The notes: generated by a model from the letters alone, not told the origin. A stretch of DNA of 64,000 nucleotides from Polyangiaceae bacterium (GCA_965222375.1 CBDCTZ010000013.1:448001-512000), one strand, 5' to 3'; shown: positions 40,353 through 49,806, counted from the first letter of the stretch. Numbers and translations: made by a program.

Positions 40353-40498
40353 ACGCCCATCCGCAAAGATTCAGTCCCGCCCACGGGGAGACCATGCTGC
40401 TCCTGGCCCCAGGGCGAGATTAGGGCTCCAGGGACGCCCCAGAGCGCGACCCCAAACCTCAACACTGCCCGGCTCCCAAACGTTTTGACGCCGTTGGC

Positions 40499-42193
40499 TC
40501 AAGGGTGCACGTGCACCAGCGTGCCTTGGCGCAGCGTCATGGCGCCGTGCCAGCTGTCCGGCACGGGAGGATCAGTCCAATGGAACAGCCAATTGGCGTC
40601 CAGGGGTGACAAGTTGATGCAGCCGTGGCTGCGCGGCTTGCCAAAAGAGTCATGCCAGTACGCAGCGTGCAGCGCATAGCCCTCAGTGAAGTACTGCACG
40701 TAGGGCACGTCCCGGAGATCGAACTCATCGCCGACTTCATCCCCACTCATGGTTGCCGTGACGTGTTTGGTATGAACCAGGAACTGCCCGCGAACCGTAG
40801 AGTGGGTCTTTTTGGGATCGCCGAGTCCGGCCGCTCCAGTGCTGACCAGGGTCGCGTAGACCGGCGTCACGCCCTCGTAGGCCACCAGGGTCTGCTTCAA
40901 GATCGAAATGCTGAGCCAAGTCCGCCCTGGCTTCGCCCAACCCGGCCGCTTCTTCATCGGGTTGACGCGCACCAAATTTTCATCGCGCAGGTAGCCCCCT
41001 CCGCGGACCTCTAGGTAGCGCACTCCGCCAACGCGAACGGCTTTGCCCGTGATGGCTATGGCCTCTCGAAAACGAAGCCGCCGCTCGGCCTCGAGCCCCT
41101 TACGCAAGTCGCCCTGGAGCAGGAAGGCCGCCCGAGAGCGCACGAAAACCACAGGTAGGGGCGTCTGAGCGTCGATTGCGACGCCTCGGAACTTACTCGG
41201 CACGACGCGTTTCATGCGGTCGAGGGGCATCACGTCCAAATCAACGCTGAAGCCGAAAGCACGCCCTTCGGATTCGAAGAGGGAGAGCATCGCGAAGCCG
41301 CTCTGGGGCAATCCACGCCCGGTGTAGATCGAACGCGGCGAATGACGCCCGCCACCCCAGGTGTAGCTCGGCTGACCGTTGGCGAGCAGCTCGGGGATTG
41401 GGCCGCGAGGTGCGTCCTTCCAGGCCTTCGCCGTGCCATGAGTCAGGTGACGCGCGAGATCATGCTCGACCCGGCGTTGCTCCTTGGGTGAAGGGACCTT
41501 GGTGTAGAAGGGCGGTGTCGGGAAGCGGCTGATCCCGTACTCGTAGGGCAGAGCGGCTTTTCGATTCGCGCGCCGCGCCGTAGCGATCGCCAGAGGATGC
41601 GTGACGTCCAAGCTCGCGTACTTGCCGACGCAGACGTAACCCTCGGGCTCGACTGAATACCAACCCTGCGGACATGCTTTGTATCCGACGGGCTTTTCAC
41701 TGCGGCGCAGGATCGCGCCGGTGCGCAAGTAGCCTATCTTGCGAGCACGATAGGAGGGTGCTGCGCGCACGAAGACCTCCCGCCCGATCGCCACTAGGCT
41801 GCGTTCGGGATCGACGTCACTGCCCGGCAGTTCATAGTCAAACGCCGCGACGGCCCCTTGGTGCGCGACGACGACCGTGTCGCCTGCTCCGTCATCCGGC
41901 GCGGGCCGCTCCTGGTCCAGGGCTTCTAGCGCGGCCGGGTCCGGCTTAGGCCAATCGCCGCGCTCGTCGGGCGCCACCTGGCCCAAATCAAAGGGCGCCT
42001 GACCGGAACGTTTGCGCGTCCGATTCGCCGCGCGGGCACTGCCCTCGGCGTGACCCTGCTGCAGCTCCGGCGCGGCAAGTCGCTTGGCGATCACCGTGGC
42101 GACGGTCTGACGCGCAAGCTGCGCCCAGGGCGTGAGCGCGAAACCGCCCGCCCCAAGAAGGACCACCACAGGCAAAACAAGGCGCATACGCAT
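40499..42193 (-). CDS. L,D-transpeptidase (YkuD family)
   Basis: VSTG and ALHAAYWHDSFGKPRSHGCINL catalytic His/Cys motif; N-terminal signal. Confidence 0.9.
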   Translation of the reverse strand: MRMRLVLPVVVLLGAGGFALTPWAQLARQTVATVIAKRLAAPELQQGHAEGSARAANRTRKRSGQAPFDLGQVAPDERGDWPKPDPAALEALDQERPAPDDGAGDTVVVAHQGAVAAFDYELPGSDVDPERSLVAIGREVFVRAAPSYRARKIGYLRTGAILRRSEKPVGYKACPQGWYSVEPEGYVCVGKYASLDVTHPLAIATARRANRKAALPYEYGISRFPTPPFYTKVPSPKEQRRVEHDLARHLTHGTAKAWKDAPRGPIPELLANGQPSYTWGGGRHSPRSIYTGRGLPQSGFAMLSLFESEGRAFGFSVDLDVMPLDRMKRVVPSKFRGVAIDAQTPLPVVFVRSRAAFLLQGDLRKGLEAERRLRFREAIAITGKAVRVGGVRYLEVRGGGYLRDENLVRVNPMKKRPGWAKPGRTWLSISILKQTLVAYEGVTPVYATLVSTGAAGLGDPKKTHSTVRGQFLVHTKHVTATMSGDEVGDEFDLRDVPYVQYFTEGYALHAAYWHDSFGKPRSHGCINLSPLDANWLFHWTDPPVPDSWHGAMTLRQGTLVHVHP

Positions 42194-42294
42194 CGGAAAC
42201 GCTCTCGTCGGGCTTAACGGAGGCTCGCCCCATGGGCCCAATTTCCCGGCTTTCGTCAGGGGCCCGGCGCCGCTGGCCGTGGTATGGGGCGGCC

Positions 42295-43482
42295 ATGTCG
42301 AAGCCTCCCTTGAGCCTGGCTGCCCTCTCGGCCTTGGACGCCCATCTCAGCGAAGAAGAGCGGATGATTCGCGACAACGTCGGCCGATTCGTCCGCGAGC
42401 GCTACCTGCCCCGCGCCGGGGAGCTCTTCGAGAAAGGCGAATTCCCATTGGATCTGGTTCCAGAAATCGCCGACATGGGCCTGCTCGGGGCGGGCCTCTC
42501 CGGCTACGGCTGCGCGGGCATGAGCCCAGTGCAGTACGGACTGATCCTGCAGGAATTGGACTATGGCGACTCCGGTCTGCGCTCCTTCGTCAGCGTCCAG
42601 GGCTCCCTGGCGATGTACTCGATCTGGGCCTACGGCAACGAGGAACAGAAAAAGAAGTACCTGCCCGAAATGGCGCAAGCCAAGCTGATCGGCTGCTTCG
42701 GTTTGACAGAGCCCGACAGCGGTTCGGACCCAGGCTCGATGCTCACCCGTGCACGCAAGGATGGCGACGACTGGGTCATCTCTGGCACCAAGATGTGGAT
42801 CACCAACTCGCCCATCGCGCACGTAGCCGTCATCTGGGCCAAAGTGGAAGACGGCGGACAGGAGTCCATTCGAGGTTTCATCGTCGAGCGCGACATGAAG
42901 GGCTTCGAAACTCCTACCGTACACGGCAAGATGAGCCTGCGCGCGAGTGTCACCGGTGAAATCGTTCTAGACGAGGTCCGCGTACCGAACGCCAACATGC
43001 TGCCCAACGTGCAGGGCCTCAAGGGCCCCCTTGGCTGTCTGTCCCAGGCTCGCTTCGGTATCGCCTGGGGCGCCCTAGGGGCCGCCAAAGCCTGCTTCGA
43101 GTCCACCCTGGACTACGCCAAGAACCGGGTGCAGTTCGGCGTGCCCATCGCCAGCAAGCAACTGATCCAAGCTCAGTTCGCCGACATGGCCAGCGAGATC
43201 ATCCAAGGCGACATCATGGCCCTGCACTACGGTCGCCTAAAAGAACGCCAAGGCGGCAAGCTGCTGCCGCAGCAAGTTTCCTTGTGCAAGCGCAACAACG
43301 TCAAGGTAGCCCTCGAGGTCGCGCGCCGCTGCCGATCCATTCTAGGCGGCAACGGCATCCTGCTCGAGTATCCCGCAATCCGTCACATGAACAACCTAGA
43401 GAGCGTCTACACTTACGAAGGCAGCCACGAAGTGCACACGCTCGTTCTGGGTCAAGCGCTGACGGGGATGAACGCTTTCTGA
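42295..43482 (+). CDS. Acyl-CoA dehydrogenase (glutaryl-CoA dehydrogenase-like)
   Basis: GCFGLTEPDSGSDP, GTKMWITN, KMSLRASVTG, LGGNGI, YTYEGSHEVH. Confidence 0.93.
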   Translation: MSKPPLSLAALSALDAHLSEEERMIRDNVGRFVRERYLPRAGELFEKGEFPLDLVPEIADMGLLGAGLSGYGCAGMSPVQYGLILQELDYGDSGLRSFVSVQGSLAMYSIWAYGNEEQKKKYLPEMAQAKLIGCFGLTEPDSGSDPGSMLTRARKDGDDWVISGTKMWITNSPIAHVAVIWAKVEDGGQESIRGFIVERDMKGFETPTVHGKMSLRASVTGEIVLDEVRVPNANMLPNVQGLKGPLGCLSQARFGIAWGALGAAKACFESTLDYAKNRVQFGVPIASKQLIQAQFADMASEIIQGDIMALHYGRLKERQGGKLLPQQVSLCKRNNVKVALEVARRCRSILGGNGILLEYPAIRHMNNLESVYTYEGSHEVHTLVLGQALTGMNAF

Positions 43483-43603
43483 ATCCTGTCGCAGGGGCGG
43501 CTGCTGCATCCAAGTCCGACGCCGGATCGAGAATCCACGCAACTCACGACGGCCACGAGCCGACCAAGTCGCCCACCCCGGAGCGGGCGGGAACGTTTTG
43601 TGA

Positions 43604-43677
43604 GTTTGTGTTTTTTTGGGGTCGCTTCCCTGGGGCAGCGTGGGCCACTACTCTCGACGAGGGCCGCGCGGGGGCGA
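43604..43677 (-). repeat. Inverted partial copy of non-coding module C
   Basis: The reverse complement matches 46527-46602 and 50251-50320. TCGAGAGTAGTGGCCCA is identical (17/17) between RC(43641-43657) and 50270-50286. Confidence 0.8.
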
Positions 43678-43720
43678 GCCCCGAGGAGGCTGCGAAGAAA
43701 CGTGACAGCACGTGTGGTGC

Positions 43721-44161
43721 TCACTCTGGGCGGGACAATGTCTCCGCCAAATGCGGACAGGCCTTGGCGAGGTGGTAGAGTTCCTGACAAAGGCAGCCAC
43801 AACCCCAACCCAGGCAAGCTGTTGCCTTGGAGCAATCGCAACTGCGCGGAAGCTCGAATCGCAAGAGTCGCTCTTCTTGACCGCGAGAACAGCGCGCACA
43901 CGGCCTGCAACCAGCGGGGCAGGAACGCTCCCAGCGCGTGGAGTTGTACAACTCGGATCGAGTGTTGGGGAACACGCGCTGAATGTCGCAGTACGTCTCT
44001 TGGGGCATACAGCACTCGGCGCAGCCGGGTTGCCCCGGGGCCCGGCAGCCTTCGGTGGGGTCGCCCGCAAAGAACGGATCCAGCTCAGTGTCGAGAGCGG
44101 CAGGACTCGGGGCGCAGGAGCACACAGCCGCCACCCACACAGGTGCGAGTCGGTGCCTCAT
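43721..44161 (-). CDS. Small Cys-rich putative lipoprotein
   Basis: MRHRLAPVWVAAVCSC signal/lipobox; many Cys (CAECC, CPAGCRPCARC, CDC, CGCLC). Confidence 0.6.
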   Translation of the reverse strand: MRHRLAPVWVAAVCSCAPSPAALDTELDPFFAGDPTEGCRAPGQPGCAECCMPQETYCDIQRVFPNTRSELYNSTRWERSCPAGCRPCARCSRGQEERLLRFELPRSCDCSKATACLGWGCGCLCQELYHLAKACPHLAETLSRPE

Positions 44162-44489
44162 CGGCCACCCACGTTGTTCACCCATCGAGTCTACCCGATC
44201 CCACGCCTACGAGCTGCAAGCCGGCCGCGAGCGAAGGGCACTGCCGGACTAGGTCGGGTCCCACCGAGTTATGACAAACCCGGTTCGTGCAATACCGAGG
44301 GCTGCTAGGGAAGATTGTCCGCCGAGTCCAAGGAGCCTCGGTGGTGGGCAGTCGGCGAGGGTAGTTGTGTCGGATCTTGAACGGAAACGCACCCTCGGGG
44401 GAGCCCCGCAAGTCGGACGACTCCGGAATTAGTCGCATCGTGACACGCGCGCTGGCGACTGCGTGTCGGTCGACACTGGACGCGGCGCG

Positions 44490-44587
44490 CGCGCCGGCGA
44501 TAGCGTCTTGCCGGCTGGTAGGGGCTGCGATGCGGGCGGGCCTTTGAGGGCCCGCCACATCCGCATCTCCGCCAGGGCGCCGGCGCC
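44490..44587 (+). repeat. Inverted repeat A (left, unit 1) with internal hairpin
   Basis: ~85% identical by manual alignment to RC(46078-46176); contains GATGCGG-GCGGGCC-tttgag-GGCCCGC-cacat-CCGCATC. Confidence 0.9.
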
Positions 44588-44594
44588 CCCGTTG

Positions 44595-45827
44595 TCAGCG
44601 CAGGCGCTGGTTTCGAGTGTGTGGCAAAGCTCGTTTGGAAGGGCAGAGCAAAGCGAGCGCTTGGCGCAGCAGGACTTCGAGTTCGGGTTCCGTTCGGCGC
44701 TTTCGCAGTGTTTCCAGTGCCGCTTTGACCTGCGTGCGCTTGAAGCCAGATCCGATCAGCGCCTTTGTAGCTTTCGCGTGGGCCTGCGCTTCGCGCTGCT
44801 TGCGCCGAATGTGCTCTTCGCCGAACTCACGCCGAGCGGCGTCTAGGTTATGGGGCCTGCATAGCAAGCAAAGATTCTCCGCCGTGGGCGGACCGCCACG
44901 GGCATGCGGATCGACGTGTTCTAGAGTCACGCAGCGCCGCTCGCTGCAGCGTCGCCCTTGTTCGTCTACGAAAGTGCACTGATGGTCGTCACGGTTCCAA
45001 ACTTCCCGAACCACCGAAACCTGCACGTGTCGTGAGCCCTCCTTGAGTGGCCTGAGCTTTCGCGGCTTTTCGCTCACTGCGCCCTGACGTCGCTTGGTCT
45101 CCTTTTCGATGAGCTCGTCCAGAGCACGCTCAAATACCTCTCCCAAATTCCCCGGTGGAACGGCGTGGCTGAGCAGGTTGCGAGCATGCTCGAGCTTGGC
45201 ATGAAGCTCCGCGCTAGCCGTGAACTCCACGCGATAGCTCTGTGCCGAGAGCGGCTGCACTCGGCTCCGCGCGGCGTCTGTTCGTTCGGGGGTGGTGTCA
45301 TCCACGGGCTCCATGCCATCCGGTCGCCGGCTCGTTACAGGAAGGGCACCCGACTCAGAACCGCTTGCGCCGGTCCCAGGACCGGTAAGATCCGCTCCGA
45401 GCGGAGTGATGTTCGGCAGCACATCCGACTTGGGAAACCATCGGGCGATCACCAGCTCGATTTCGCGGCGCGTCTTGCCTCGGGCTTCGGCGAGTAGCGG
45501 ACCCGCATTGTCTTGTCTCAGGTGCCCCGAGAGCAGAAACAGCCCGGTCAGGTGGATGGACCCGCTCGTCAATTCGTCGAGGATCTGCGGCAGCTCCCGA
45601 TACAGACGCGCCACGCGCATTCGCTTCCGGGCTGCGTCTTCCGAGTAGCCAAGCCGCTGGACGCAGAAGGTGTAGAGCGAGGAGCAAGCCTCACGCAGGA
45701 AGAGCTTTCGACGGTCGACTTCCGCCAGGTAGACGATGACCTCGGCTTTCGCCCGACGCTCCTTGGACCGGAGCACCGGCAGCTGCGCGAGAAGTTGTTC
45801 GTCGCTGAGTGAAGCGAGAGTGTCCAT
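44595..45827 (-). CDS. HNH endonuclease with DUF222-like N-terminus and RuvA-C-like tail (copy 1)
   Basis: RDDHQCTFVDEQGRRC...LEHVDPHARGG...ENLCLLCRPHN Zn-HNH motif; C-terminal ALIGSGFK...AL...LLRQAL. Confidence 0.9.
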   Translation of the reverse strand: MDTLASLSDEQLLAQLPVLRSKERRAKAEVIVYLAEVDRRKLFLREACSSLYTFCVQRLGYSEDAARKRMRVARLYRELPQILDELTSGSIHLTGLFLLSGHLRQDNAGPLLAEARGKTRREIELVIARWFPKSDVLPNITPLGADLTGPGTGASGSESGALPVTSRRPDGMEPVDDTTPERTDAARSRVQPLSAQSYRVEFTASAELHAKLEHARNLLSHAVPPGNLGEVFERALDELIEKETKRRQGAVSEKPRKLRPLKEGSRHVQVSVVREVWNRDDHQCTFVDEQGRRCSERRCVTLEHVDPHARGGPPTAENLCLLCRPHNLDAARREFGEEHIRRKQREAQAHAKATKALIGSGFKRTQVKAALETLRKRRTEPELEVLLRQALALLCPSKRALPHTRNQRLR

Positions 45828-46077
45828 GCTTCTTTCGTAACACGCGTTTTCTTGGCGTCACCATCAGCGTGCAGTTCGCGTTTCAGCCAAGCAATCGCGA
45901 GCGAATTCGATTTGAAACTGAAACGACATCACGCACCAGTCTCACGCGCACACCGAGCACTCGAGCGGCGTGTCGTCGCAAACGACTCACGCGCGTCCCA
46001 AAGTCCGTCAAGCACAAAAATGCGGACACGCGCAGAAAGTTTCGCGTTCGCAATCCACTCTAGGTACTGATGAGCGC

Positions 46078-46176
46078 GGCGCCGGCGCCCCGGCGGAGCA
46101 GCGGAGGTGGCGGGCCCACAAAGGCCCGCCCGCAGCGTAGCCCCATCCAGTCGGCAAGACGCCCGTCGCCGGCGCG
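46078..46176 (-). repeat. Inverted repeat A (right, unit 1)
   Basis: Reverse complement of 44490-44587; hairpin GGCGGGCC-cacaaa-GGCCCGCC. Confidence 0.9.
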
Positions 46177-46636
46177 AATCTCCGCAACTCAGCATCGCGG
46201 TCGCCCGACACATTGGTCCCGCCCCGAGGGCGGGCTCCGTATAAAATCGGGCAACTGAAGTCTTCAGTGTGCCGACCAAGTTGCCCTACCACCCTGGGAT
46301 TCTTGCGTTTGGGAATGCGCAGAAGCGCTTCCTCTTCCTATCAGCCCTTCATCTCTCGGCCGGACGGATCGTTGCGTGCGTGTCCCCGGGCGCGGTGTCG
46401 GCATCGGGCCCGAGTTCCGCGTTGAGCCCAACAGTCGCCCAGCACACCAGCAAAGGTCGAGCTTACTCTCGATGGCGCAGCGCCCGAACGCCACCATCCG
46501 AGCGTGGCTCCCGTTGTAGCAAGCATTCGCGCCCCGTGGCCCAGCACGGGAGTAGTGGCCCAGCGCCGCCCCAGCGTCCCGACCCCCCAAAAAAGACAAA
46601 ACGGCCGAGTCGAGTCTGGCACGGAGCAATGCTCGC
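46177..46636. other. Conserved structured non-coding modules B (46177-46298) and C (46497-46636); candidate ncRNA or DNA element
   Basis: Block-wise similar to 49934-50056 and 50221-50355; palindrome ACTGAA-N2/3-TTCAGT; a basal stem closes module C. Confidence 0.55.
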
Positions 46637-46641
46637 TCTCG

Positions 46642-46677
46642 GGAGCTCAGACTTTGAGCGGGATGTTCACCTTTTGC
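46642..46677 (-). repeat. Relic copy of the pilT 3' end
   Basis: 32/36 identical to 50484-50519; encodes QKVNIPLKV* versus QKANIALKV* in pilT. Confidence 0.85.
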
Positions 46678-46929
46678 GGGAAGGCCGAAAGCAAGCCAAC
46701 GCCGCACTGGACACGCTTCGAAAACGAGGATCCCACCCTCGCCTGGGGCTCCGTGGCGCTGCTCGGGTAGCGGCGGATTGAGGCTGCAGCCCTGCCAGCC
46801 GGCCGTGACCGTCGGCCGCAGCGCAGCTATCGCTCAGCCGAGAGAGCGAGCTCAGGCAATGAGTCGCGCCGAGCGCTAGTGCCCGGCGACAGCGCCATGT
46901 AGACTACGAGACGAAGGAGGCGTTCGAAC

Positions 46930-47880
46930 GTGGCGTCCCAGCAGGACAGTTTCGGACGCAGGGGCGTCTCCTCCCAGCAGGACAGTTTCGGGCGCAGGGG
47001 CGCACTGTCCGGCCGCGCAAGGAAGCTGTGGGCGCTGCTCGCGCTGGGCTGCACCGGCGCGTGCCAAGAGCCCACGGAGATCCGCCTCGAAATCGCCACG
47101 AGCATCCCAGCTTGCAAAGATGTGAAGCTCACGGCGATCGCTGCCGGGCGCCCGGGCGACGTGGGGCAGCGTGCCTTCAGCGCCGAGACCAACAAATGCG
47201 AGTCAGCCACGGGCAAGATCGGGTCCCTGGTGCTGGTGCCTAGCGGCGGTGATGGTGATGCCCTCGGCGTGCAGGCGGTCACGGCCCTGGGCCAGATGAC
47301 GCCGGGTAGCTGCAAGGACAACGGCTACAAAGTGCTCGCCGGGCAATCCGGCGGCTGCATCGTGCAGCGCAGGCAGCTGCGCTTCGTGCCGCACACGCCG
47401 CTCACGCTGCCGATCACAATGGCCGCCAGCTGCATCGATGTGCCCTGCGACCAGGAGACGACTTGTCGGAGCGGATCCTGCGTGCCGCGCGAGCTGCCTG
47501 ATCCGGAAGGCTGCACGTTGCCCGGAGGGTGTGGGGGTAGCGGCGGTTCCGGTGGAATGAGTGGCAGCGGAGGCAGCGGACCGACCGCTCCGTTGGCGCT
47601 CGGCGGGGTCCACACCTGCGCGCTGACCACTGCCGACGCGGTCAAGTGCTGGGGTTCCAACACCTTCGGCCAGCTCGGCGATGGCACCACGACGCCACGA
47701 CTCAGTCCGACCAACGTCCCTGAGCTCAGCTCCGGCGTCGCCGCCGTCGCCGCTGGAATCTCCCACACCTGCGCCGTGACCACTGCCGACGCGGTCAAGT
47801 GCTGGGGTTCCAACACCTTCGGCCAGCTCGGCGATGGCACCACGACGGACCAGCACAGTCCTGTCGGGATCTCGCTGTAG
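46930..47880 (+). CDS. Lipoprotein with two RCC1-like repeats
   Basis: AAGGAGG RBS, lipobox TGAC, two HTCA...VKCWGSNTFGQLGDGTTT repeats. Confidence 0.85.
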   Translation: MASQQDSFGRRGVSSQQDSFGRRGALSGRARKLWALLALGCTGACQEPTEIRLEIATSIPACKDVKLTAIAAGRPGDVGQRAFSAETNKCESATGKIGSLVLVPSGGDGDALGVQAVTALGQMTPGSCKDNGYKVLAGQSGGCIVQRRQLRFVPHTPLTLPITMAASCIDVPCDQETTCRSGSCVPRELPDPEGCTLPGGCGGSGGSGGMSGSGGSGPTAPLALGGVHTCALTTADAVKCWGSNTFGQLGDGTTTPRLSPTNVPELSSGVAAVAAGISHTCAVTTADAVKCWGSNTFGQLGDGTTTDQHSPVGISL

Positions 47881-48197
47881 AGCCGTTGGGTCCGAGGCTA
47901 ACGAACACTAGGACCGACAGGCCCGATGCGGTTTCCTCATCATCCTCCCGAACCCTAGCGGCAACTGGCGGCCCAGCTTCGCCTGGGGCTGCGTAGCCTC
48001 CACGGCCGTGGTCGACGATCACCGTTGTGCACGAGTTCTGTACACCTCGGACGCTCTTGAGCCGAGTGTGCGCCGTGCGCCGGGCAGCTCCCACCACCTC
48101 GCATCCCGACGCATGCGAGGTGGCACGGTGTTGTCGAACAACATGGAACGCGCGACGCGCGCAGGCGCTGGATGTCAAGCAACCTCGAGTGCATGCC

Positions 48198-48297
48198 CGC
48201 GCCGGCGACGGCGCCTTGCCGACTGGTGGGGCTGCGATGCGGGCGGGCCTTTAGGGGCCCGCCAGGTCCGCATCTCCGCCGGGGGCGCCGGCGCCGC
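48198..48297 (+). repeat. Inverted repeat A (left, unit 2)
   Basis: Close direct copy of 44490-44587; GATGCGG-GCGGGCC-tttagg-GGCCCGC-caggt-CCGCATC. Confidence 0.9.
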
Positions 48298-48302
48298 AGT
48301 TG

Positions 48303-49547
48303 TCAGCGCAAGCGCTGGCTTCGAGCGGGTGGCAAAGCTCGTTTGGGAGGGCAGAGCAAAGCGAGCGCTTGGCGCAGCAGGACTTCGACTTCCGGTTGTG
48401 CTCCGCGCGCTCGAAGTGCGCTCAGTGCCTCGTTGACGGGCTTGCGTTGGAAACCGGATGTCACCAAGGCCTGTGCGGTCTTCGAATACGCCTGCGCTTC
48501 GCGCTGCTTGCGCCGAATGTGCTCTTCGCCGAACTCACGCCGAGCGGCGTCTAGGTTATGGGGCTTGCATAGCAAGCAAAGGTTTTCTGCAGTGGGCGGA
48601 CCGCCACGCGCATGCGGATCGACATGTTCTAGAGTCACGTAGCGCCGCTCGCTGCAGCGCCGCCCGTGCTCGTCTACGAAAGTGCACTGATGGTCGTCGT
48701 GGTTCCAAACTTCCCGAACCACGGTGACCGGTACGTGTCGTGAGCCTTCCTTGAGTGGCCTGCGCTTTCGCGGCTTGTCACTCACGACGCCCTGACGTCG
48801 CTTGGTCTCCTTCGCGATGAGCTCATCCAGAGCGCGCTCAAATATCTCTCCCAGGTCTCCCGGCGCGACCACGTGACTGAGTAAGTTCTGTGCCTGCTCG
48901 AGCTTCGCGTGAAGCTCCGCGCTGGCCGTGAATTCCACGCGGTAGCTCTGTGCCGAGAGCGGCTGCACTCGAGCCGGCGCTCCTTGCTGACCTCCTGCGC
49001 TTCCGTGAGATTCACTTGTCCCAGGATAGGTAACGCCATCAGCCACTTCGGCGGGACCTTGGTTCTTCGCGGGGTCAGTGGCGACTGCACCTATCCCAGG
49101 GCGAGTGAATTCCGCCCCGAGCGGCGTGATGCTGTCCAGCACATCAGGCTTGGGGAACCATCGCGCGATCACAACTTCGAGCTCACGCCGGGTCTTGCCG
49201 CGAGCCTCGGCCAACAGCGACTCGGCGTTGTCTTCGGCTAGATGGCCCGAGAGCAGGAAGAGCCCGGTCAGGTGAATCGCCCCGCTCTTCAGCTCATCGA
49301 GGATCTGCGGCAGCTCCAGGTACAGGCGAGCCACGCGCATTCGCTTCAAGGCAGCTTGCTCCGAGTAGCCGAGCCGCTCGACGCAGAACGCAAACAGCGA
49401 GGAACAGGCCTCCTTGAGGTAGAGTTTTCGACGCTCAACCTCCGCCAAGTACACGACGACCTCAGCGGTCGCCCGTCGCTCTTCGGAGCAGAGCACCGGC
49501 AGCCGCGCGAGTAGTTGTTCGTTGCTGATAGAGGCGAGCGTGTCCAT
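48303..49547 (-). CDS. HNH endonuclease with DUF222-like N-terminus and RuvA-C-like tail (copy 2)
   Basis: 47/60 identical to copy 1 over the first 60 aa; same HNH motif (EHVDPHARGG...NLCLLCKPHN); start set at MDTLAS by paralogy. Confidence 0.9.
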   Translation of the reverse strand: MDTLASISNEQLLARLPVLCSEERRATAEVVVYLAEVERRKLYLKEACSSLFAFCVERLGYSEQAALKRMRVARLYLELPQILDELKSGAIHLTGLFLLSGHLAEDNAESLLAEARGKTRRELEVVIARWFPKPDVLDSITPLGAEFTRPGIGAVATDPAKNQGPAEVADGVTYPGTSESHGSAGGQQGAPARVQPLSAQSYRVEFTASAELHAKLEQAQNLLSHVVAPGDLGEIFERALDELIAKETKRRQGVVSDKPRKRRPLKEGSRHVPVTVVREVWNHDDHQCTFVDEHGRRCSERRYVTLEHVDPHARGGPPTAENLCLLCKPHNLDAARREFGEEHIRRKQREAQAYSKTAQALVTSGFQRKPVNEALSALRARGAQPEVEVLLRQALALLCPPKRALPPARSQRLR

Positions 49548-49806
49548 GTTTCTTTCGTAACACGGGGGTATTTGCCTCCACCGCTGGCGCACAGTTGGCG
49601 TTTCGGCGATGCGCCCACCGGCGAAGTCGTTTCAAAGCCGAAGCGCCCTTAGGCTTCGGTCTCGCGTGCGCACCACGCGCTCGAGTCGCTCGTCTCGAAT
49701 TTGAAAACGACGCGTCTCAGAAACCCGTCAAGCACAAAGTGCATCACAAGGGCAGAAATTCCTCGTCACTCGTGCGCGCACTTCGCGATCCTTCTCTGAC
49801 GACTTC

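Larger units (their letters stand above)
44490..46677 (-). mobile_element. Candidate HNH-nuclease element, unit 1 (IR-A, HNH, IR-A, module B, module C, pilT-tail relic)
   Basis: Coding and non-coding blocks are collinear with 48198-50519. Mobility is inferred, not shown. Confidence 0.6.

Noticed and set aside
46006..46011. Conserved TTGACG (minus strand) as a -35 element for the HNH genes
   Set aside because: Neither unit has a recognisable -10 at 16-18 nt; kept only as a conserved block.
44480..46185. Classical IS element with terminal inverted repeats and target-site duplication
   Set aside because: There is no transposase motif and no flanking direct duplication outside repeat A, and homology between the units continues beyond the right repeat, so it cannot be called a known IS family.
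46254..46268. ACTGAAGTCTTCAGT as a myxobacterial LexA box
   Set aside because: Half-site spacing is shorter than in the M. xanthus CTRHAMRYBYGTTCAGS box and differs between the two units.
46739..47997. 17/19 direct repeat TCGCCTGGGGCT.CGT.GC flanking the RCC1 gene (46739-46757, 47979-47997), weakly like inverted module C
   Set aside because: It is short and GC-rich, and cannot be distinguished from chance without genome-wide statistics.
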